Shown here: positions 23,666 to 30,857 of the stretch, in pieces
Layout: every line of letters begins with the position of its first letter
How positions within the stretch are numbered: the stretch's first letter is position 1
DNA from: a virus
Lineage: Duplodnaviria; Caudoviricetes
Length of the DNA stretch: 30,857 nucleotides
Virus record (IMG/VR): IMGVR_UViG_3300011334_000236
Span: 1-30,857 of that record
Strand: one strand, 5' to 3'
The notes under the pieces: generated by a model
Told to the model about the DNA's origin: nothing
What the model saw: only the letters and a program-made list of their open reading frames with translations
Databases searched by the model: none
Translations under genes and position numbers: made by a program

Positions 23666-25695
23666 TGGCGAACAATATAGATTTTAACGTTAGCACCAAC
23701 GCGGTAACTGTCCTTAATCAGACGGCAGACGCAGCAGAAAATACAGCAAAAGGATTTACTTCTGCAAAAGCTGAACTTCGTGCGCTGAATAATCAGTTGC
23801 TTACAATGGATCAAACGAGCGACGCATTTAAGAAAGCGTCTGCACGTGCTGCCGAATTGAAGGACAACATTTCCGACTTAGGTGCAGAGATTAGCGCCAA
23901 CGCTGGTAACGCATTCGAAGGTCTTTCGAACAACGTTGGTTTGTTCGGTTCACGTCTTATGGACTTGGACTTGAAAGGTGCAGGTCAAGCGTTGAGCGGA
24001 ATGGGTGCAGCAGTTGGTCGCATTGATTTTAAGACAGTAAAAGACGAAGTAGGTGGTTTGGTTAAAGGATTAGGTAATCTTGCTTTATCGGTTGTTTCCA
24101 ATCCATTCTTTTTGATTGCAGGAACATTGGCGGCTATTGCTTACAACTACAAAGACATTGCAAAGTGGGCAACGCAAACATCACGTGAACAACAAAACCT
24201 TGCAAAGGTAACAGGTGAACTTAATGAAGCAACTCAACAAGAACTTGTAAAAGGAGCGCAGAAAATTACGCAAATTGAAGTCTTGACAGATAGAGTTAAA
24301 GACAATAATTTAACTGAGAAAGAAAGACGACAGGCGTTAAGTGATTTAGAAACAATGTACCCAGCGTACTTTGCAAATATCAATGGAGACATCAACGACA
24401 CGGAAGCGTTAAACGCGGCTAAAGAAAAGTTAATTTCAAACATTAAATCGGAAGCCAAAGCAAACGCTGCAAAGTCATTGCTTGAAGCGGAATATGCAAA
24501 GAAAATTGCTTTAGAAACAGAAATAAATAATAAAAAAGGCAAGTTTTCACAAGAGCAAATAAACGAAGCAATTGAAGCAGCTCGTTTTTCTCAACAAACA
24601 TTTTTCAAAGAAGCAAATCAAAACTTAAATGATTGGTGGGACGGAACAGAAGGAATAGGAAAGGCAAGTCTTGACCTTGAAGAAAGTATGCAACGTATTG
24701 CATATCTTGAAAATGAAGCAACATCAGCTGTTCTTGCTAACGTAAACACCGAAGTAAAAGCAATTCGTGAAAAAACAAAGGCGGCAAATACAGCAGCGGA
24801 AGCTGAAAGAGAAAAGAAAGAGCAAGAGAAAGAGAAAGAACTTGAAGCTAACGCAGTTAAAGCTGCAAAAGAAATAAAACAAGAACAAGACCTTGCAGCC
24901 GCTAAAATTAAAGTTCGTGAAGATTACATCAAAGCAAATCAAAGCGCGCAAGCAAATGAACTTTATGAATTAGAAAAGAAAAAAGAACTTGAACTTCAAA
25001 CGTATGAAGGTGACGAACAAGACAAGATTTTAATCATTGAGAAATATCGTCTTGCAGAAATTGACATAAATACTAAATACGACGATGCCGCACTTGAACA
25101 ACAACTTGCAGCAGACGAAAAGAAAAAAGCAGCAGACGAAAAGGCGAAGCAAGATGAACTCGAAAGACAAAAACAATTTGACGCTGACAAACTCGCAGCA
25201 GAACAAGCCTTAACAGACGCTAAATTCTCTCTTGCTTCTGCTTCGGTTGACTTGTTAGGTACGCTATTCGCAAAAAACAAGAAAGCGGCAGACATTGCGT
25301 TTGCACTTGACAAGGCTTTGGCTATTGCGCAAGTGGTTGTAAACACACAACGAGAAATTAGCGCATACAATGCAAACCCTGTTTGGTCTTTATCTCCAGA
25401 CGGTGGTGCTTCAATAAAGATTCCTGCAATTATTGGCGCAAAGATTCGCGCTGCTGCGTCCATTGCTACAATAGCAGGAACGGCAATAGGTCGCTTTGCA
25501 GGTAATGGCGGTGGAACTGGAGCAGGTAGTAATGGTGGCGGTGGAACAACTGCTCCTTCACCTGCAAACTTTGACTTTATCAGTCAGCAACCCAACCAAC
25601 AACCACCGCTACAAGCGTACGTCTTAGGCGGTCAAGTGAGTAGCAACTTAGAAGCACAACAGTTAATTCAAAACCAATCACGATTAGGAGGATAA
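23665..25695 (+). CDS. Tape measure protein
   Basis: 676 aa, A/K/E/L-rich helical, hydrophobic segments, C-terminal QAYV...VSS..EA. Confidence 0.85.
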   Translation: MANNIDFNVSTNAVTVLNQTADAAENTAKGFTSAKAELRALNNQLLTMDQTSDAFKKASARAAELKDNISDLGAEISANAGNAFEGLSNNVGLFGSRLMDLDLKGAGQALSGMGAAVGRIDFKTVKDEVGGLVKGLGNLALSVVSNPFFLIAGTLAAIAYNYKDIAKWATQTSREQQNLAKVTGELNEATQQELVKGAQKITQIEVLTDRVKDNNLTEKERRQALSDLETMYPAYFANINGDINDTEALNAAKEKLISNIKSEAKANAAKSLLEAEYAKKIALETEINNKKGKFSQEQINEAIEAARFSQQTFFKEANQNLNDWWDGTEGIGKASLDLEESMQRIAYLENEATSAVLANVNTEVKAIREKTKAANTAAEAEREKKEQEKEKELEANAVKAAKEIKQEQDLAAAKIKVREDYIKANQSAQANELYELEKKKELELQTYEGDEQDKILIIEKYRLAEIDINTKYDDAALEQQLAADEKKKAADEKAKQDELERQKQFDADKLAAEQALTDAKFSLASASVDLLGTLFAKNKKAADIAFALDKALAIAQVVVNTQREISAYNANPVWSLSPDGGASIKIPAIIGAKIRAAASIATIAGTAIGRFAGNGGGTGAGSNGGGGTTAPSPANFDFISQQPNQQPPLQAYVLGGQVSSNLEAQQLIQNQSRLGG

Positions 25696-25698
25696 AAC

Positions 25699-26283
25699 AT
25701 GAACAAAAAAATTAAAGTAATTGAGTACGGAGTAGACGACGAAGGTTTGCTCGGAGTATTCGCAATCAGCGTAGTAGAACAACCTGCAATAGGTGTCGAT
25801 TTCGTTGCGTTAAGCGAACAACACACGGTAAAGTTCAAAGAAGATTTCAGAGGTCTTTTATACGGCGCTTTGCTTATTCCTGACCAACTCATTTACAGAC
25901 GCAACGACAAGACCGAAGAAGAATACTACGTTAAGTATTCAAAGGACACCATTCGCTCAATTGCTTACAACTACTTAAAGCAAAACATGACGAACAACGC
26001 GACAGTTGAACACGCGAAAGTTGTCGACGGTGTTTCGTTGGTGGAAACGTGGATCATTGAAGGCGAAAACGACAAGTCTAAGAACTTCGGGTTTGACCTT
26101 CCAGAAGGCACTTGGTTCGGTTGCATGAAAGTGGACAACGAAGAAGTGAAGCAACAGATTCAAAACAAAGAAGTATTAGGTTTCTCTATTGAAGGGAACT
26201 TCCTTGCCGAGAAAGAAATGTATTTAAGCGAACACGTTAGCACTTTGCTCGAAGAATTAGACGCAATACTCAAAGGCGAGTAA
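25699..26283 (+). CDS. Prohead protease (XkdF-like serine protease)
   Basis: AISVVEQPAI, GALLIPD..IYR, ATVEH, PEGTWF, GFSIEG. Confidence 0.85.
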   Translation: MNKKIKVIEYGVDDEGLLGVFAISVVEQPAIGVDFVALSEQHTVKFKEDFRGLLYGALLIPDQLIYRRNDKTEEEYYVKYSKDTIRSIAYNYLKQNMTNNATVEHAKVVDGVSLVETWIIEGENDKSKNFGFDLPEGTWFGCMKVDNEEVKQQIQNKEVLGFSIEGNFLAEKEMYLSEHVSTLLEELDAILKGE

Positions 26284-26459
26284 TGAACATCGAAGCAGGG
26301 GGGTTCTTAAAGGTCGAGCTATTCAACGACGACGCTACCCTGTTTCTCAACGCACTCACCAAGATAACGAACGAGAGCGGTAAAATGGGGTTCAAGTCTT
26401 ATGGATTGAGCGAAGACGAAATGAAGACGCTAAACACGATATTGGATTCATTAGGATAA
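26283..26459 (+). CDS. Small hypothetical protein, 58 aa (MNIEAGGFLKVELFNDDATLFL...)
   Basis: Translated by hand. TAATG coupling to the protease. Confidence 0.7.
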   Translation: MNIEAGGFLKVELFNDDATLFLNALTKITNESGKMGFKSYGLSEDEMKTLNTILDSLG

Positions 26460-26542
26460 AAAAAACGAGGGGTAACTACTCCCCTCGTCAAACCTAAAAA
26501 TCAAAATCAACCTATGAAAAGCCGAATTGTGAAACAAATATA
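26458..26542 (-). ncRNA. Putative antisense sRNA with own promoter and terminator
   Basis: TATATTTG box (26542-26535), ~40 nt U-rich segment, hairpin ACGAGGGG-N8-CCCCUCGU, U-run. Confidence 0.65.
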
Positions 26543-26585
26543 CAGGTTTTTCTATTTAGGAACTAAACATTTAATAAACACTTAT

Positions 26586-27155
26586 ATGAACTTAAGAGAA
26601 AAAGTTAACGCTCTTTTCGCAAAGCACAATGTAAGCCTATCAGCTGAAGAAGTTGTTGAGGTGAAGCAAATGGTTGAAGCGATTTTAGAGGACGGAACAA
26701 GCATCTACTCGGACAGCGACACTTGGGCAGCTGGTGTTCGTGTATTCGCAAAGGACGCAGAAGGCAACGAGGTTGTTGTAGCGGACGGAGAGTACAAGAC
26801 AGCAGAAGGAATCATTGTTGTTGTAAGCGGTGGTCTTGTTGCTGAATTAAAGCCAATGGAAGAAGAAAGTCCAGAGGTTGAAGTAATCATCGAAGAAGAA
26901 CAAGCAACAGAGGTTGTTGCAGATTCTTTCAACGCAGAGGTTGAAGGTCTTTTGTCTTTGGTTGCTAAGTTAGAAAGCGAACTTGCTGACATCAAGAAGG
27001 CAAACACCGAACTTTCTGCAAACGTAGAGAAGTTGAGCGCACAACCTGCGGCAACATCAATCAAAGAAGTTAAACAATCAAAAGTAAGCGCACCTGCGAA
27101 GTCTTATAATAAGATGAGTGCAGAGGAGCGTTTCTTATTTCACTTAAAAAAATAA
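26586..27155 (+). CDS. Capsid scaffolding protein
   Basis: Acidic, ADGEY motif, C-terminal coiled coil, between protease and capsid. Frame open from 26514. Confidence 0.7.
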   Translation: MNLREKVNALFAKHNVSLSAEEVVEVKQMVEAILEDGTSIYSDSDTWAAGVRVFAKDAEGNEVVVADGEYKTAEGIIVVVSGGLVAELKPMEEESPEVEVIIEEEQATEVVADSFNAEVEGLLSLVAKLESELADIKKANTELSANVEKLSAQPAATSIKEVKQSKVSAPAKSYNKMSAEERFLFHLKK

Positions 27156-27171
27156 AAAAACACAATAAAAA

Positions 27172-28074
27172 ATGGCTACTACCACTTCATTAACTACTAC
27201 CTACGCAGGTAGAGAAGCAGCAGGATACATCCGCGCTGCATTTTTAAGCAACGAATCACTTGCTGCTGTTACTTTCAAAGAGAACATCGAGTACAAACAA
27301 GTAGTTCGCAAATTAGTTGATTCTATCACTTTCGCTAACGCAACTTGTGACTTCACACCAACTGGAACTGTTACTCTTACTGAGCGTATCTTGACTTTGG
27401 AGAAATTCCAAGTTCACAGACAAATGTGTAAGAAAGATTTCTTGGCTGATTGGGAAGCTAAGTCTGAGCAAAACGGAAACCTTCACGCTTCATTGACTGA
27501 CGCTATCATTGCTAACGTTTTAGCAGGTGTTGCAGCAAACAACGAAGTATTGATATGGCAGGGTGTTAACGCAACTGCTGGTCAGTACGACGGTTTCGAA
27601 ACTTTGTTTTTAGCTGACGCTACTGTTCTTGACGTTGCTACTCCAGAGGCTATCACTTCTGCAAACGTAATCGAAGAAATGGGACGTTTAGTATTGACTT
27701 TACCAACACGCGTTCGTCGTGCTACTGAGAAGCCTGTTATTGCAGTTTCTTCTAACGTTGCTGAAGCATACAGAAGCGCTATCTTAGGTCTTGGTGGTGG
27801 ATACTACCTTTATCAAGGAGAATCAGTTGTAATGAACTGGCAGGGACAGTATGACGTTATCGAATGTCCTGGTATGTCTGACGACACAATGGCTTTCTAT
27901 CAGAAGTCTAACCTTTGGTTCGGTACTAACTTACTTGACCAATGGAACAACGTAGCAGTTTTGGATATGTATGCACATGACCTTTCTGACAACGTTCGTT
28001 TTGCTGCTTCATTCTTCGCAGGTGTACAATACGGATTCGGAAACGAAATCGCATTCTACCAATATACTGCCTAA
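27172..28074 (+). CDS. Major capsid protein
   Basis: TTTYAG..A..YI.AA, TCDFTPTGTVTLTERIL, KSNLWFGT.LL. Follows the scaffold. Confidence 0.85.
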   Translation: MATTTSLTTTYAGREAAGYIRAAFLSNESLAAVTFKENIEYKQVVRKLVDSITFANATCDFTPTGTVTLTERILTLEKFQVHRQMCKKDFLADWEAKSEQNGNLHASLTDAIIANVLAGVAANNEVLIWQGVNATAGQYDGFETLFLADATVLDVATPEAITSANVIEEMGRLVLTLPTRVRRATEKPVIAVSSNVAEAYRSAILGLGGGYYLYQGESVVMNWQGQYDVIECPGMSDDTMAFYQKSNLWFGTNLLDQWNNVAVLDMYAHDLSDNVRFAASFFAGVQYGFGNEIAFYQYTA

Positions 28075-28102
28075 TCTCAACCATTCTAACCCTTGCATAT
28101 AT

Positions 28103-28134
28103 AGAGGTGGTGGCGTAAAATCCACCCCTCTTTT
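28103..28134 (+). terminator. Intrinsic terminator after the capsid gene
   Basis: AGAGG(T)GGTGG-cgtaaaat-CCACCCCTCT followed by TTT. Confidence 0.65.
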
Positions 28135-28157
28135 GTGCTAATAAAAAACATACAAAT

Positions 28158-28664
28158 ATGGCATGTGAATTAAGCACAGGTTTCACACTCGATTGCAAAG
28201 ACGGCATCGGTGGTATTAAGAAAATCATTCTTTGCGACACGGTTACTTCGTTGACTTTTGACGCAAACGAAATTGTTACTGCTATCGTTGGTCCAGTTGC
28301 AGGTGATTTGTACACATACGAATTGCCAACGCAAACAGGTTCTTTCGAAGAAACAATTAATTTCAACCGTGATGCAGGAACTATTTTCTACACGCAGACG
28401 GTAAACGTTATGTTAAACAAATTGAGCGCTCCAAAGCGTTTAGAGTTGCAAACAGTTGCACAAGGTCGCCCTGTTGTTTTCGTTAACGATTCCAACGACA
28501 ATTGGTGGGCTGTTGGTTACGAGTTCGGTGCTGACCTTTCAACAGGAACAGCAGCGACAGGAACAGCACTTGGAGACATGAATGGTTACACACTTGCATT
28601 TGTACACGAAACTCCAAAGAGAGCGTACAAATTGAGCGGTACTCCTTTGTCAATCCTTGACTAA
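28158..28664 (+). CDS. Major tail tube protein
   Basis: MACELSTGFTLDCKDGIGGIK, GTIFYTQTV, TGTALGDMNGYTL. Confidence 0.75.
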   Translation: MACELSTGFTLDCKDGIGGIKKIILCDTVTSLTFDANEIVTAIVGPVAGDLYTYELPTQTGSFEETINFNRDAGTIFYTQTVNVMLNKLSAPKRLELQTVAQGRPVVFVNDSNDNWWAVGYEFGADLSTGTAATGTALGDMNGYTLAFVHETPKRAYKLSGTPLSILD

Positions 28665-28679
28665 ACAAAAAACTTTTAC

Positions 28680-28708
28680 ACATGTAGGGACAAAACGTCC
28701 CTACGTGT
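28680..28708. terminator. 12-bp intergenic hairpin after the tail tube gene
   Basis: ACATGTAGGGAC-aaaac-GTCCCTACGTGT, one G-U pair, weak U-tract. Confidence 0.55.
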
Positions 28709-28739
28709 TGTAATTTTAGCAAACAAATAAAAGGATAGA

Positions 28740-29123
28740 ATGGTTTATTTGAATACAAATACTGCGAATCAATATGCGTGGCTTTCGTTAGACGAAGGTC
28801 GCCAATACTTCAACGTTGCATTCACTTACTACCTTCTTATTTTAACCTACGAAATGACGGGTGAACAACTTGCTCAGGTCGTAGAGGTGATAACAGAAAA
28901 CGAACGTGTTACTAAAATACGTTTGACAACAGTTGGTCTTGTTGACGCTGGTAAATACAAGTACGATGTGTACGGACAAAACAGCGCGGTGAATTTAGAT
29001 CCGACAGACGCTTCCGTAGTTGGTCTTGTTGAACGTGGTTCAATGATACTTCAAGACGGAACAATTTACTTCGACGTTTCTTCGCCAACGATTCCCGTTG
29101 ACGTAATTTATACAGGTGCATAA
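28740..29123 (+). CDS. Small beta-rich virion protein (possible head-closure)
   Basis: GKYKYDVYGQ.S..NLDP...GLVERG. Lies between tail tube and portal. Confidence 0.5.
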   Translation: MVYLNTNTANQYAWLSLDEGRQYFNVAFTYYLLILTYEMTGEQLAQVVEVITENERVTKIRLTTVGLVDAGKYKYDVYGQNSAVNLDPTDASVVGLVERGSMILQDGTIYFDVSSPTIPVDVIYTGA

Positions 29124-29124
29124 T

Positions 29125-30810
29125 ATGGAAAATAATATACAAGCAATAAACCTATCAATGTATCAGCCAGTTGAAGCGGTTGAAAAAGACAATCGTGCAG
29201 GTTGGATTGATTACGGTTACAACAACTTATTTCCACAACACCTAATCACGCTTTATTATAATAGTCCTATTCATAACGCATTGACAAACTCAATCGCGTA
29301 TATGATTGAAGGACAAGGTACAGGAACGATTCTCGACAACGCTTTGCAAGGTATTGCATTCGACTTAAAGCTACAAGGTGCATTTGTTGCCGAAGTAATT
29401 TGGTCAATGGACTTTACACGTGTTGTTAAAATCAATCACTTGCCTTTTGAGAACTGTCGTCTTGCATACGATAAAGAAGAAGACGACATCACAGGCATTT
29501 GGTACTCCAAAGATTGGGCAAATACACGAAGCAAGAAAGGAAAGCCTGAGTTTATTCCTGCGTTCAATCCTTCACAGGCGGAAGAACAACCGCGTCAAGT
29601 AATTTACGCACACGGAATGATGGCAGGAAGTTCGTACTACGCAAAACCCGACTACTTCGGTGCATTGAACTACGTTGAGTTGTCTTATCAAATGGGGTTA
29701 TACCACGTCAACAATATCTTGAATGGATTATTTCCTTCATTCATTATAAACTTCTTAAACGGCATACCTCAGAAAGAAGAACGTGAAGCAATACGTCGTG
29801 AATGGGAAGAAAGATTGAGCGGTGCAAGTAACGCAGGGAAGTTCTTGATGACGTTTAACGAAGATCCTACACGCGCACCACAAATACAAGACTTTCCTTT
29901 GTCGGACGCTGACAAACAATATCAATTTTTATCAGAAGAAACAGCGAAGCAAATTATGGTTGGACACCGCGTTGTTTCTCCATTGATTCATGGAATTAGA
30001 GATACAACAGGCTTCGGAAGTAACAAAGACGAAATGTTGGTTGGTATGGAGATATTCAACAACCAAGTTATTAAGCCATACCAACGTATTATTACAAACA
30101 CCTTTGCGCCTATTCTTGGAAGTGATTTAACAATTACAATGAATAGCGTTTTTGACGAAGTAGTTGTTGTACAACCAACTGTACAAACTGCTGAATTAAA
30201 AAAAAAAGTAGTTGCTGCTGAGAATGACTTTTCAGACGAACAAGGTCGTCTTTGGATTAACGCACTAAAAGAGAAAGCTGAATTAGTCGATTTAGACGAG
30301 TGGGAGTTGCTTAGTGAGGAAGATGTAACAGAACCCGAAAACGAAGCTAATTTCCGTCAGGAATACATGAGTGTTCGTAGTTACGCAAACGCTGACGAGA
30401 GGTCTGCATTTGGAGATACAGGACTTTATAAATTAAGATACGCTTACTCTCAAAACTTAAGCGAAAATAGTCGTGAGTTTTGTCAAGAAATGGTTGACCT
30501 ATCACAATCAGGTTTATCATTCCGTTTTGAAGATATTCAGGACATGAGTGACGCAGGAATAAACGGAGAGTTTGCTCCAGAAGGCAGTTCAACATACAAC
30601 ATTTTTGTTTGGAAAGGTGGCGCATTTTGTCATCACTTTTGGAAGCGTCAAATCTACATTCGTAAAAGAGATTCAAAAGGTCGTGTACTTCCTAACGACG
30701 GATTAAATAACGACAAGCGAGTTGGTAACAATCCATTTGTACCACAAAAAGGAGCGGAAGGTGTTGCTCCAATTAACACACCCTCACGAGGTTCACTTAA
30801 ATACTCATAA
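29125..30810 (+). CDS. Portal protein with C-terminal Cys/His extension
   Basis: WIDYGYNNLFPQHLI.LY..SPIH, NNILNG.FPS, SGASNAGKF, IMVGHRVVSP. The extension has SREFC...KGGAFCHHFW. Confidence 0.85.
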   Translation: MENNIQAINLSMYQPVEAVEKDNRAGWIDYGYNNLFPQHLITLYYNSPIHNALTNSIAYMIEGQGTGTILDNALQGIAFDLKLQGAFVAEVIWSMDFTRVVKINHLPFENCRLAYDKEEDDITGIWYSKDWANTRSKKGKPEFIPAFNPSQAEEQPRQVIYAHGMMAGSSYYAKPDYFGALNYVELSYQMGLYHVNNILNGLFPSFIINFLNGIPQKEEREAIRREWEERLSGASNAGKFLMTFNEDPTRAPQIQDFPLSDADKQYQFLSEETAKQIMVGHRVVSPLIHGIRDTTGFGSNKDEMLVGMEIFNNQVIKPYQRIITNTFAPILGSDLTITMNSVFDEVVVVQPTVQTAELKKKVVAAENDFSDEQGRLWINALKEKAELVDLDEWELLSEEDVTEPENEANFRQEYMSVRSYANADERSAFGDTGLYKLRYAYSQNLSENSREFCQEMVDLSQSGLSFRFEDIQDMSDAGINGEFAPEGSSTYNIFVWKGGAFCHHFWKRQIYIRKRDSKGRVLPNDGLNNDKRVGNNPFVPQKGAEGVAPINTPSRGSLKYS

Positions 30811-30857
30811 AAAATGGCACTACAACCCGAAGTTCTACTCATTGACGAAAACTACAT
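30731..30857. repeat. Terminal direct repeat, copy 2
   Basis: Identical to 1-127. Confidence 0.97.

Noticed and set aside
24234-25463. Antisense ORFs within the tape measure and other long genes
   Set aside because: Shadow frames of Ala/Lys/Glu-rich coding sequence with no recognisable motifs.
1-30857. Alternative genetic code or restriction-site avoidance
   Set aside because: Genes tile densely under code 11, so there is no sign of recoding. Site avoidance needs k-mer counting that I cannot do reliably by eye.

Overview
This window is a complete, circularly closed genome (30,730 bp unique) of a siphovirus-type tailed phage. Bases 1-127 are repeated exactly at 30731-30857, most likely a k=127 assembly overlap. 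The host is very probably a Bacteroidota member: there are TTG-N19-TAnnTTTG-type promoters and A-rich start regions without Shine-Dalgarno motifs. A leftward early/replication operon (10400->3216) ends unusually in the terminase large subunit. A rightward arm (10515->30810, continuing 84->3253) carries VRR-NUC, a sigma-like factor, ParB-N, Mom, terS, then tail genes before head genes, portal, adaptor and lysis genes. I see no integrase, DNA polymerase or helicase. Highlights: (1) A tRNA-Gly(UCC)-like gene lies antisense in the 3' end of the Mom DNA-hypermodification gene. It keeps all GlyRS identity elements but lacks the 51-63 T-stem pair that EF-Tu reads, so it is a candidate dedicated glycyl donor for adenine modification. 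(2) A NUMOD4-HNH endonuclease cassette sits inside the Walker A codons of terL and supplies a replacement, recoded terL N-terminus, leaving the old N-terminus orphaned upstream. (3) A promoter-to-terminator small RNA is complementary to the translation-initiation regions of several early genes. (4) There are slippery sites in the tail chaperone and the portal. All protein calls are from motif recognition by eye, with no database search.
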